Assembly (NCBI GenBank): GCA_949358305.1
Contig: OX442314.1
Location: 3,100,001 to 3,164,000, forward strand
DNA length: 64,000 nt
DNA from: Strigamia acuminata
Taxonomy: Eukaryota
Direction of reading: 5' to 3'
Both the position numbers and the translations under genes were made by a program. Position 1 is the stretch's first letter; each line of letters opens with the position of its first letter. The notes under the pieces were generated by a model. It was not told the DNA's origin, ran no database searches, and saw only the letters and a list, made by a program, of their open reading frames with translations. Below, one piece after another: positions 11,645 through 22,964 of this stretch.

Positions 11645-14600
11645 TCAAGCATTCAGAGTAGTAGGATCGATCAAAAATCGATTACAAAAATGCACTAGAT
11701 CGGTTTTATCAACCGACTTCGTAAATATGTCGGCAAAGTTCGATTTGGTTCCCACATGTACCACCTGCAGGTTCTCCTTCTTGACGAGTTCCCGTATAAA
11801 GTGGTACCTTACATCGATATGTTTCGTCTTTCGATTTTCTATATTCGATTTAGTAAAGTCCACGGAAGAGATATTATCGCACAGCACTCGGTGATAAAAG
11901 TTGTTTGCCAACTCAGGGACGATCTCGTATAATACTCTGACAATCCAGATAAAATCCTTGACGGTCTCCGTGAGTGCCACATACTCGGCTTCCATTGTGG
12001 ACAGTGTCACATTGCGTTGTTTGAATGTCCTCCAATAGATGGGAGCATTGCCCAACGTTATAAGGGTTCCGCCAACAGAAATCCGATCATCTCGATTATT
12101 GGCGTAATCCGAGTCGCTGTAGCCAATGACTTCAATTTGGTCGTTAGGGAACAACATCAGTCCGAGGTTTCTAGTTGTCCTTAAATAGCTAAGCAATTCC
12201 AAGAGTACGATCCAATGGTTCCACCCGGGGTTGGATTGGAATTGGCTCAGAATGTTGATTGCGTACGCCATATCTGGCCTCGTTCTTGATCCAATAAATG
12301 CTAAAGAACCAAGCAAGCTTCTATACGGTATCTTCTCCATGACTTTGAAATCTTCAATGGTAGTGGGGCATTGCTGTTTTGTGAGAATGGTCGATTTGAT
12401 CATTGGTTGCGACCTAATCTTCACTGACTTTAGGTGATTTTCGAATCTCAGCAATACCTTGCTGATGTAACTTCTTTGATGCAAAATCATTAGTTGTTTG
12501 TGTGAGTGGAATTCAACTCCTAACAGTTTCTTTGTCCGTCCCAATATTACTAGATCGAAATGCGTCTTAATCATGTTGAGAACGTTCATCGCGTCTTTAT
12601 GATGTTTGCCGAAAACTACGATGTCATCAACGTATACGATTAAATATGCGACATTCTTGAACTTGTAAACGCAGTTGCACCAATCTACGTGTTGTAAACC
12701 AAGTTTCAGCAAAGTTTCTTCGAGTTCAAGCCCCATTCTCTTCCGGATTGATGTAAGCCGTATATTGCCCGAAGTAATTTGCAAACGTAATTTTCTTTGC
12801 CCTGGCAAACGAATCCTTTGGGTTGACGCATGTAAACCGTTTTCTGTAGCTTTGCGTATAAGTAAGCGCTCTTGACGTCAGCTTGGATGTATGTCCACTT
12901 TAACATACAGACGAGTAGCGTAAATAGAAAACGAATGATGGAAAAGTCCACCACAGGCGAAAAGGTTTCTTCATAAGACTCGCCATAGACTTGGGAAAAA
13001 CCCTGCGCCACAAGTCTCGCCTTATAACGTGCAATTTCTCCTTTTTTGTTCTGTTTAACAGTGAAAACCCTCTTGGATCCCACTAATTTAACGTCGGATG
13101 GTGGTGGGACCAATTCCCAAACGTCACGTTCGTGCATCACGTCGATCTCGTCGCGCATCGCCTGATCCCATTCTTCTTTCTCTGGTAGGCTGGCAATCTG
13201 CTCAAAACGTGCGGGTACGAAAACTTCGAGATGGTTTGCTTCGAAATCGAGGGTCAATTCGTCTAAATCATCTAAATCAAAGTCGTCCGCCGTCACATTC
13301 GATTCAGTGGGTTTCTTCTTCCTCTTATCGTCGAAAAGGTGTTCTGGAACACGTAAATTATGTTCAGTACAATAGCGCTTCACTTCTGGTATTGAACGCA
13401 ATTTCGGTTTGTCGTATCCGGCGATTGTGTACTCATAATCCTTGTGTCCAGTGGGTCTCGTTTTCTCGGTCCTTTTCCAGACGAGTGGAGGAATTGTCGG
13501 AACTGGGTTCACAACATCGACTCCAGGTTGTGGTAAAATCCCAGGCAGTTTCATTCCTGCTTCGGCTCCAGGTATGTTGGGTTTTGGTCGAAGCTTCTCA
13601 TCCGGCAATCTCAACTTCAAATTGAGCTGAGGTAACTCCTTTCCTTCTTCCTGTTTAAGTGGTTGCGGCGGAGGTAGGGGTGGCCTTATATCCTCATCCG
13701 AGTAGTACTGACGGTCGTTGTTGTCATCCAGGTTATCGTTCAAATTGTCAATAAAAGTTGTATATTTCTCAGGTAGGCCCAGTACGCCTTCAACTCCGCG
13801 CCTGCTCTCAACGAACTTGACATCACTTGTTTCAATAACTTTGGAGAAATCCGGCAACCAGATTCTGTAGCCCTTTGTAACTCGTGAATAGCCAAGCATG
13901 ATTCCATGTAATGCTTTGTTATCGATCTTGCCGTCTCGCACTCTCTTCTGCACGAAGCAGAGACTTCCGAATTTTCTCAAATGTCGGAGTGACGGCTTGC
14001 GACCATAATACAGTTCCATGGGCGTTTTATCCGAGTTCAATTTTGCTATTCTGTTCCTCAAATAGTTGAATGTCAGGATGGCTTCCCCCCAGAATCTGTG
14101 TTCCATCTGTGCGTCGTAAATGAGAGCTCGCATTCCATTTGCTAAAGTTTGGTTGAGTCTTTCGGAAACGCCGTTTTGGACTGGTGTGTAGGCATTGGTT
14201 CGCTCGTGGATAATGCCCTGTTCTTCCAAGTATTCCCCAAATTTGTTGGAGCAAAACTCCATGCCATTGTCCGTGCGGATGGCTAGGATTGATTTTCCCA
14301 GTAGCCGTTCGATTCTCTTTGTGTGTTTCCGAAATAGATCAAATACTTCATCTTTCCTTTTCATTAAGTAGACGGTTGAGTAGCGAGAGTAGTCGTCCGT
14401 TATTGTTAGGAAATATTTATTTCCCGAGAGAGTTTCCGTCGAAAACGCTCCACACACGTCCATGTGTAAGAGTTCTAGTGGTCCCTTTGATCTAATCCCT
14501 GGCAAAGACTTGTGAGGAATGGCTTTCTTCTTGGCCAAGTCACAGACATCACACTGTGTAATTGGAACATCCAAGAATGATAAACCCACCACGGCGTCAC

Positions 14601-15679
14601 TTTTGCTCATCCCCTGGACGCTTGGGAAATGAATGTGCCCTAACCGTTCGTGCCACAATCTTGCCTCTTCTGGATTTGATTTCTTTCTGCCTACGTCGGA
14701 TGACTCTTGTTTCTTCTGCTCGCTCGTATTGGCCTTGTTGCTCTCCTTTTGTTTTAGCTTCTCGAGATCCGGTTTCTGATCACTTAGTTTGATATAATAC
14801 AGTCTGTCCTTTTTAACTGCTTCCATCAGTTGTCTCCTCCATTGTGGATCGTATATTTTTACCAAACCCGCGCCTATGGCCACTCTGCATCTTGCTTCGT
14901 CAATACACGGCCCCGACATTAAATTCCTTCGTAGATCTGGCGCGTAGTAGACCTTCTTGAGTGTAATTGGGACTGTGTCGTTCCCAACTAGACACATAAT
15001 GCAGACATCCCCGACTCCTTGTATTTTAATGAGGGTTTTCTTATCCGCTTGGCTGATGGTTCCGGTCATCTCTTTGAAATTATGAAACTGATTCCTATCC
15101 TTGCAGAAATGTCCTGTTGCCCCCGTGTCATAAATCCAACAATTGCTGGCTTGGCTGCACTGCAACATTTCCTGGTCGCTCAATTCTGTGAGGAATCCGA
15201 CGTCTAACATGTTGGAATCAAGTTCCTCAACTGTATTTGACTTCATATTCGCGTTTGGTGCCAATTGCAATTGAGCTGTACAGTCTTTAGCCCAATGACC
15301 ATGTTGATTACATCGAAAACACGGCCCCCGTCCCATTGATCCGGTGCCATTTCCTCTGAAACTTCCCCTCGTGTTTCTGCCACCTCGATAGTTCGATCGA
15401 CCGCCTCTTTGTCCAGTGTAATTCGCTTTGTTGCTTTGATTATTGTTCTGTTGTGATTTCGAATTGTCACCACTTTTGGCATTCTGCGAGCTTTGCCCTG
15501 TGCTGAATGCGTCCACGACTGGTCCCTGGCCAGAATCCCTTCTTTGTTGGGCCAATCTTCCTTCCTCGGCGACTAACTCGGCTTCCACTTTCTCCAATGT
15601 GAAGTTAATGTCTTCCCATCGATAAATTGCCTGAACGATCGATTGGTACTCTTGAGGCAGGTATCTGATTAGTTGAAAC
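11645..15679 (-). pseudogene. Copia B gag(3')-PR-IN-MBD-RT-RNaseH with a 1-nt frameshift near 12735
   Basis: ORFs 12706-15597 and 11645-12808: CCHC, WIYDTGAT, LWHERLGH, IRTDNGMEF, YKARLVAQGF, YVDD, GYSDSDY, TKHIDVRYHF. Confidence 0.93.
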
Positions 15680-16115
15680 TATTAGTATGCGATTAATTAT
15701 TTTGTCCGTTTCCCCATGCATTTCTGGATAGGCATGGCAGATATGTGTGTTGGCATCCTTTGGATACCCGTGTAGCGCATATTAATGCTACTCTTATGTG
15801 ATTAACACACATATTCTATGTTTCTTGTGTCGTCTGCTTGAGAAAGCGATAAATGTTGTTTTCCGTGTTGTTTATCGGTTACTTATGCCTAGGTTAACAA
15901 TTACTTATATTGTAAAGAACAAATCAATGCTTGTTGCTATTGATTTGTCCTATTGTCATATTTTGTACGGTTTGAGACCAATTAGCCTCAAACCCAGTTG
16001 CATTTATGTTTTCATGTGATTAAAACATGGCGGGCGCGAAGTGCGAGCTCCCCGCACATTTTAAGCTGGTTTCAACTCCTTTCCGATGTTTCCTGGTCTC
16101 CACGGACTTATCAAA

Positions 16116-16127
16116 TGGTAGCAGAGG
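16116..16127 (+). promoter_or_regulatory. Copia C PBS (3' end of tRNA-iMet)
   Basis: TGGTAGCAGAGG, 2 nt after the LTR. Confidence 0.85.
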
Positions 16128-17244
16128 TCTCACGATCGGGCCAACAGGTTATTGACGAGTTCGTGAGGTTTTTCGGGCGAAAACGAACGACGGAAGTTCG
16201 TCGCAGATCGTCGCCGAGACGTATCGCCGAAAACCGGAATTTTTCGCGAAGGACAGCCGTGACGACGTGTGCGGACAATTCTACAGTGAATTTGGAGCAA
16301 AACGGTGTAAGGAACATTGCATTTCGTTTATTTTTCGCCGATATAACCGAGTTTTTCTCGGGCGGCGCCATTTTTGTTTTTCCGGAACTTTGCTGCAAAC
16401 CACGGCGAAGTTAGCGTGTCTACGAGTGTGTACGGAACAACACACGCACGCCTAACGTTTCGACGAACGAATACGTCGATTAAGCCGCTGCATTTGGTGT
16501 CTTTCCAGCGTGGGAACGTCTGGAAACCGTCATTTTGCGAAGAAATCGTCGCGAATCGACGATTGTTGCACCGGCAGCCATTTTCGTTGGATTTTTCGTC
16601 AAGAACGACGAGATTCAACTCGCGGATTTAATCCGGCGATCACCGAGAAGTCCTGCACACGATAAGCGTGTGTGCAGGCGGTTATTTCCGTGCTTCGCAT
16701 CCAGGAAAGCGGGTACGAAGGCGTGGACGTACGCAACATCGATTTTGGCCGATACACGGAAGTGTGTACGCGGTCTGCACGTCAGCCCAGTTCCGTGCGA
16801 AGACAACGTGAAGCCGACATTTACTGCAACGTGGGAACCAATTACGACGCAAGGATCCCGTAATTGGCCAACTTCACATCTGAAAAGTGTATTTTAGTTG
16901 CTATTTTCGTGAAACTCTGTTAATTCTTAAGGTTTTTGTTTTGGGGTCCTTTTGTTTATTCTGCACCCTTTAGGCAGTCGCCTACGTGCAGTCTCATTCC
17001 GGTCTGGGCTTGTCCGTGGCCAACTAGTCGTCCCGCGGCCCCCAGGTGGGTCGGTCGGAAGCTAGTAGGGCGACCAGATTCGGGTTTTTCACCTCACTTA
17101 TTGAGGTGCCCAAAGGGAAGTTTGTGATTGTTTCGCCTTCAATTTTTGGGGGCATTTTCGCTTCTCTGCACGGCATTTTCGTCGAAATAGTGAATTTAGT
17201 GTTTGTGCTACGAATTTGTGTCGAATTTCTTCAAATTCTTCAAC

Positions 17245-18618
17245 ATGTCGAGTTGGGACCGACATGATGATTACAAGGATGTACGCAAACTGGACGGCTC
17301 CAATTATCCCACCTGGAGCATGCAGATCCAGCTTTTGCTTCAATCATACAGTGTTTGGGGACATGTGACCGGCAAAATCAAGGAACCGCCTGCTGGATCG
17401 CCGGCAAAGGAAATTCGTGACTACGAAAAGGGCGAAGAAAAAGCCCGCTCCACCATTTGTCTGGCTTGCAACGAACCACAGCAAGTCGTGGCTGTGGCCC
17501 ACCCAACCGCGAAGGGTGCGTGGGAAGCGCTGAAAGCGGCTTACCAGCCGACCACGCGCGCACGCAAAGCCCGACTCCGGCGGGAATTCCTCGATATGCG
17601 TCTACGGGAGGATGAAGAGATGGTCGTCTTTACTTCCCGTGTCGACCGGAAAGTTACACAACTCGCCGACATGAAGATTGTGGTCTCGGATGAGTTCCAC
17701 GCTTTCCAGTACTTGGATCTTTTGCCGCCCCAATTCGAGCCAGTTAAACAGACAGTGTATCACTGGCCCGACCCGGAATTTACGGCCGCTGCCGTGAAAG
17801 AAAGACTTTTAGGCGAGTATAATCGCCTTTACGAGAAGGGGGACGAATTTGGAGTGCCCAACCCGACACCGTTGGAAAACACTGGAGCCTTCTTTGGCGG
17901 AGGCAGTGGTCAACGTGGACGCGGCGGAACCGCGCCCAGTTCCCCACGTGTGTGTTTTACCTGCGGTGGGACAGGCCATTTTTCCCGCGACTGCCCTTCT
18001 CCACCTAAACAGCAACTTACTGGAAGAGGCGGATCAACAGGACAGTTTAGGGGCAATCCACGAGGAAAATCACGTGGAAAAGGCCGGCAAAAGGCCGCCG
18101 TCACCCAAATGAATATTTTTGATGACGTCCCCATCTCTTACTTCTCCGCAGCGATTTCGAATCAAGAGCAACCTCCTGTCGTATCGTTGGTGTCACATGC
18201 GAACTTTGATTCGCAATGGTACGTCGACACAGGAGCGACGGACCATTTCTCCTTCAACAAGTCTTGGTTCTCCGACTTCAAACCATTAACTGGTTACAGC
18301 GTCCAGCAGGGCGAAGGAAAGTCGAAAATCGAGGACATCGGGACTGTGACATTGATATCCCTTTATGGACAAAAGAAACGGGAATTACAATTGAAAAATG
18401 TCTTCTACGCTCCAAACTTCAGAAAGAATCTGATTTCATTAGGTCGTGCAGATGAAGCTGGGGCTACCACATTTGTAAAGAATGGAAAAATGTCCATTTT
18501 TCATGACAGTATTGATGCGCCTTCTATCACTGCGACACGTACGAGTGATAGAATGTATAAAGTCAATTGTCAAGTGAATACTGCACACATTGTTAACGCT
18601 GCTGCATTACCTGCGTAA
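17245..18618 (+). CDS. Copia C gag-protease
   Basis: KLDGSNYPTW; CFTCGGTGHFSRDC; WYVDTGATDHF. Ends at a TAA that is in frame with the downstream pol. Confidence 0.88.
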   Translation: MSSWDRHDDYKDVRKLDGSNYPTWSMQIQLLLQSYSVWGHVTGKIKEPPAGSPAKEIRDYEKGEEKARSTICLACNEPQQVVAVAHPTAKGAWEALKAAYQPTTRARKARLRREFLDMRLREDEEMVVFTSRVDRKVTQLADMKIVVSDEFHAFQYLDLLPPQFEPVKQTVYHWPDPEFTAAAVKERLLGEYNRLYEKGDEFGVPNPTPLENTGAFFGGGSGQRGRGGTAPSSPRVCFTCGGTGHFSRDCPSPPKQQLTGRGGSTGQFRGNPRGKSRGKGRQKAAVTQMNIFDDVPISYFSAAISNQEQPPVVSLVSHANFDSQWYVDTGATDHFSFNKSWFSDFKPLTGYSVQQGEGKSKIEDIGTVTLISLYGQKKRELQLKNVFYAPNFRKNLISLGRADEAGATTFVKNGKMSIFHDSIDAPSITATRTSDRMYKVNCQVNTAHIVNAAALPA

Positions 18619-21600
18619 CAGAATGCGGCAGTGAAGCCTAGTCCACCTTTAAAGGGTGAAGAAATTGTTAATTCATTACTAACTCATTTAGATTTTAAGA
18701 CTGCATTAACCCAAAATTTGAGTAAGACAGGGAAACCTGCAATTGCGAATAAGGGGCAAGTAAATACTGCGAATAATGCGCAAGCGATCGTGGCAAATAA
18801 TGCGAGTCCGAGTCAGAAGATGAATGCTTTGAACAACAAACAGGTCGGCTTGATAGCCAACAATGGGGATAAATCAAAGACTCCGAAGATTTCCAAACAA
18901 GTTGTACAAAACAATTTGAAAGATAATGGTGGGAACAAAGCCTTTATTAAGCCTGACAAACCCCAAACGATGGATGTTTGGCATTCACGTTTTGGGCACC
19001 TTAATGCGAAAGGGATTGCATTGTTGGAGAAATCCGATGAAGTATTTGGGCTGAAACTTTCCAACAATGAATTGTCGGCTTGCGATGCTTGTTCGAGGGC
19101 GAAAAGCACACGTGCCAGCTTTCCTCCCATTATTAATATCTCCACTAAAGGGATTTTGGAAATTGTTCACTTAGATGTTTGGGGGCCCTCACCGGTTAAG
19201 AGCATTGGTGGGGCATTTTATTTCCTAATTATGGTTGATGATTTCTCCCGACTGATGTGGATTATCATCATGAAAACAAAAGATGAAGTTTTGGGTCATT
19301 TCAAGAAGTGGTTGACGGAAATTGAACGGCTTACTTCTAAAAAGGTCAAAGCCATTAAAACTGACAATGGTGGGGAGTTCATATCGAAACAATGGAATGC
19401 TTATACTGATAGCATTGGGTTGAAGTGTATGAGGACGAATACATACAGCCCCGAAATGAATTCGGTTGCTGAGCGAGCGAACCGCACTATTCTTGGTGGA
19501 ATCCGGGCCTTACTTTTTGAAAATAATTTTTCCCCGACTTTGTGGGCAGAACTTGCAGTTTCTGTCGTTTACTTGAAAAATCGATTCCCACACACGGGAT
19601 TAGGAGGGAAAACACCTTACAATGTGTTCTACAATAAGAAATTGTCCCTGCGTCATGTCAAATGCATTGGGGCATTGACATATGTCCACATTCCTTCCCA
19701 GACAAGGGGTGGGAAATTGAAAGAAAGGGCGTGGGCAGGGGCATTGATTGGTTATGCAGCTTCCACCCGTGGGTATCGAATTTGGGATCCGAAACGGAAC
19801 CAAGTGTTCTTCTCGAAACATGTTAAAATATTGGAACAGAATTTTTGGTATGAACATTTGAAAATTCCTCCCTCGAGCCCCTCATATTTCGACAGCATGT
19901 CTGATTCTTCAAACGAGGATGGCTCCTCGTCAGACGACGACAGCGTTCATGGTGGCCCCCTACCGGAAGCAGTGGTTCCCCCACCCCCAATTCAGGAACC
20001 TGCGCCCGAAAAGGCACCTGAACAAGTTGAGAATGCTGGTGTCGTGGAAGATGTCATCGAGGATATAGTGCAAGATGTCCTTAGAGATGCAAATGTTGAT
20101 GAAATTGGTGGGGCAAAGGGGGATGATGAGAATTTCTTCAATATTTACCCCGATGACGAGGATGAAATTGAGGATCCTGATGCGAGTCCTCAACTATCCC
20201 CCCGAACGTCACCTACACCTGTGCGTCGTAATCCCCCACGAAAAGGAAAGGATACAGGGGAACGCACAGTTCCAGCTGGTGGGTTATTGCCGTTGGACAT
20301 GTCTAAATGGCAAAGACGGCAGTCTGTGCGAAAATCAGGCGCAACGGCTGGGCAGGTTGATGTTTATTACATTTCACCAAAGCATGACAGAATTCGAAGT
20401 CGTGTTGAAGTTGTGCGGTGGTGTCGGGAAGAGGGATACGAGTATATCTCGGAATTGTTCAACTTCAAAGACATCAATGTCGGTTTTGCTGGTTGTTGCT
20501 CTGTAGAGCCTGACACCTACGAAGAGGCTGTAGCAGGTGTGGGAAAACCTGATTGGGAAAGGGCAATGGAGGACGAAATCGACATTTTTAAAGAACGAGA
20601 GGTGTATGTCGAGGTTGACAAAAGTGAAGTCAAGGATAAAACCTTGCTAGGGACAAAATGGATTTATAAACTCAAAAGGGATCATACGGGTGCGATTAGC
20701 AGATATCGTGCTCGTCTTGTTGCACAAGGGTTCAAGCAGAAGCCCGGCATTGACTTTACGGAGGTCTTCTCCCCCGTAGTCAACTTTGTGTTGGTCATGA
20801 TGTTCTTTTGTACTCTTGTAGTATTAAGGAGCTGGCGTGACTTACACCTTGACATCAAGGCCGCATATCTATATGGGGACCTCGATGAGGTGCAGTACAT
20901 CAACATCCCCAAGGGATATCGAACACCTGAAAACCAACACAAATGTTGGGAGTTGAGAAAATCTCTCTATGGGCTTCATCAGTCTGGTCGTATGTGGTAC
21001 CAGCGCTTACACGACCAGCTGATTGAAATAGGTTTTGAACCGGTTTTGGGTCTTAACTGTGTGTATAGCTTGGGTTCGGACGCCATACTCATCTTTTACG
21101 TCGACGATATTGTATTATTTTTGAGGGATGAGTTGGCAGAAGAGTGCGTTTTAGAATGGATTCAACAATCCTTTGAGATTGTCAATTTGGGCCCCGTCAC
21201 CCTTTTATTAGGGATTGAGTTTTGTAGGGACGGGGGAAATATCCTCATTCATCAACGCACCTATATTGCGAAGCTCTGCAAGCAATACGGTATTGACCCA
21301 TCTCACCGTGTTAGAGTGCCTGGCACGCCCGGCACTATGATCCAAAAAGTCCAAACGGGAGAACGTGTTAATTCGAGTTTTCCATATCGGTCTCTTGTTG
21401 GAAGTTTGCTCTTCATCGCAAGTCGCACAAGACCCGATATCTTGTTTTCGGTAATTGTATTGTCTCAATACAATGAGACTCACTCGACACGACACGTAAA
21501 CATGCTGCTTCAAGTTTTGCGTTACCTGGCTAATACGCCGAATTTCTCCATTAATCTTGGGAACTGCCAAAATGACAAGTTAACTGTTTATACAGATGCG

Positions 21601-22056
21601 TCTTACGCGCTGGATCAAGACAAACGCCGAAGTTTTGGCGGGCACATTATCTATTTGGGTGGTGTCCCCGTCTCCTGGAACTGCCATAAGCAGACCATTA
21701 CTGCCCTTTCCATTATGGAAAGCGAATTTTTGGCGGTTGTGGACGGTGTGAAGGAGATAATTTGGTTAGAACGCATATTTGACGCGGAAGTGATGATTGA
21801 CGGCTTTGACCGGGAAATACCATGTGTTTATGCCGATTCAATGCCTGCGATTCAATATGCGAAAAACCGCATAGAAAATCGCGCAAACAAACACATAGAC
21901 GTGAAATTGCATTTCTTGCGCGACTGGTTCGAGAAAGGTGTTTTTCGAATCAGGCACATCCCAGGGACCCTCAACGTCGCCGATATTATGACAAAGTGGT
22001 TGTCCCGCGCAAAATTGGACGCGTTGTGCGAGCACATTTTTGTCGCGACAAATTGA
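18619..22056 (+). CDS. Copia C integrase-MBD-RT-RNaseH (in frame with gag-PR after one stop)
   Basis: VWHSRFGH, HLDVWGP, KTDNGGEF, MBD WQRRQSVRKSGATAGQVDVYYISP..RIRS, YRARLVAQGF, YVDD, YTDASY, NKHIDVKLHF. Confidence 0.9.
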   Translation, partial: QNAAVKPSPPLKGEEIVNSLLTHLDFKTALTQNLSKTGKPAIANKGQVNTANNAQAIVANNASPSQKMNALNNKQVGLIANNGDKSKTPKISKQVVQNNLKDNGGNKAFIKPDKPQTMDVWHSRFGHLNAKGIALLEKSDEVFGLKLSNNELSACDACSRAKSTRASFPPIINISTKGILEIVHLDVWGPSPVKSIGGAFYFLIMVDDFSRLMWIIIMKTKDEVLGHFKKWLTEIERLTSKKVKAIKTDNGGEFISKQWNAYTDSIGLKCMRTNTYSPEMNSVAERANRTILGGIRALLFENNFSPTLWAELAVSVVYLKNRFPHTGLGGKTPYNVFYNKKLSLRHVKCIGALTYVHIPSQTRGGKLKERAWAGALIGYAASTRGYRIWDPKRNQVFFSKHVKILEQNFWYEHLKIPPSSPSYFDSMSDSSNEDGSSSDDDSVHGGPLPEAVVPPPPIQEPAPEKAPEQVENAGVVEDVIEDIVQDVLRDANVDEIGGAKGDDENFFNIYPDDEDEIEDPDASPQLSPRTSPTPVRRNPPRKGKDTGERTVPAGGLLPLDMSKWQRRQSVRKSGATAGQVDVYYISPKHDRIRSRVEVVRWCREEGYEYISELFNFKDINVGFAGCCSVEPDTYEEAVAGVGKPDWERAMEDEIDIFKEREVYVEVDKSEVKDKTLLGTKWIYKLKRDHTGAISRYRARLVAQGFKQKPGIDFTEVFSPVVNFVLVMMFFCTLVVLRSWRDLHLDIKAAYLYGDLDEVQYINIPKGYRTPENQHKCWELRKSLYGLHQSGRMWYQRLHDQLIEIGFEPVLGLNCVYSLGSDAILIFYVDDIVLFLRDELAEECVLEWIQQSFEIVNLGPVTLLLGIEFCRDGGNILIHQRTYIAKLCKQYGIDPSHRVRVPGTPGTMIQKVQTGERVNSSFPYRSLVGSLLFIASRTRPDILFSVIVLSQYNETHSTRHVNMLLQVLRYLANTPNFSINLGNCQNDKLTVYTDASYALDQDKRRSFGGHIIYLGGVPVSWNCHKQTITALSIMESEFLAVVDGVKEIIWLERIFDAEVMIDGFDREIPCVYADSMPAIQYAKNRIENRANKHIDVKLHFLRDWFEKGVFRIRHIPGTLNVADIMTKWLSRAKLDALCEHIFVATN
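20290..20470 (+). other. MBD-like domain in Copia C pol
   Basis: Aligns by eye with the MBD2/3 core GWKKEEVIRKSGLSAGKSDVYYFSPSGKKFRSK, keeping the R, D, YY and RS positions. Confidence 0.88.
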
Positions 22057-22507
22057 TTAATCGAAGGGGAATTTATTAGTATGCGATTAATTATTTTGTC
22101 CGTTTCCCCATGCATTTCTGGATAGGCATGGCAGATATGTGTGTTGGCATCCTTTGGATACCCGTGTAGCGCATATTAATGCTACTCTTATGTGATTAAC
22201 ACACATATTCTATGTTTCTTGTGTCGTCTGCTTGAGAAAGCGATAAATGTTGTTTTCCGTGTTGTTTATCGGTTACTTATGCCTAGGTTAACAATTACTT
22301 ATATTGTAAAGAACAAATCAATGCTTGTTGCTATTGATTTGTCCTATTGTCATATTTTGTACGGTTTGAGACCAATTAGCCTCAAACCCAGTTGCATTTA
22401 TGTTTTCATGTGATTAAAACATGGCGGGCGCGAAGTGCGAGCTCCCCGCACATTTTAAGCTGGTTTCAACTCCTTTCCGATGTTTCCTGGTCTCCACGGA
22501 CTTATCA

Positions 22508-22964
22508 GAAACGCTTGGTATAGGTCCTCCAATTTGTGTTTGACGTCCGCTAACTTCTTCGCAGCATTCCTAATTTTTGCGGCGAAGACACCAATCGTTT
22601 CCGTCGTCGGGTCGTACTTTAAGCTGAAAAATTCGTCCAGCAGACGTATTATCCGCGCCCTCGAAACTGGTTCGAAGTTAGTTTGCAGCGTTTTCCAAGC
22701 TGCTTGGGCGTCTTCAGTCCCGCTGAGCAATTCGTGGTATTGCTCCTCGATTGAGTAGTAGATTAGGCTGAAAGCCCTTCCTTTTCGCAATTTATAATCG
22801 GAGCGATCACGCCACGACGCTCCCGGTGCCAGCGCTTCCTCGGTTCCATCGGTAAATCCCCAACATCCGTGGTGCATCAAAAGCACTTTGATCTGCTGCT
22901 TCCAGGCGTCGTAGTTCAGTCTGTTTAGCAAGGTGATTCTCCTCTCCAATTTGTCCGAATCCAT
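22508..22964 (-). pseudogene. Copia B gag N-terminus, cut by Copia C
   Basis: MDSDKLERRITLLNRLNYDAWKQQIKVLL...YQAF, continuing in frame at 15674 after removing Copia C. Confidence 0.9.

Larger units (their letters stand above)
15680..22507 (+). mobile_element. Copia C: MBD-bearing Ty1/Copia element inserted in the gag of Copia B
   Basis: 434-bp LTRs at 15680-16113 and 22074-22507 with TA..CA ends (identical by eye). 5-bp TSD GAAAC. PBS TGGTAGCAGAGG at 16116. PPT GAAGGGGAA before the 3' LTR. Confidence 0.95.

Noticed and set aside
12700..12810. Programmed frameshift in Copia B
   Set aside because: It lies inside RT with no slippery heptamer; a 1-nt deletion or homopolymer error is more likely
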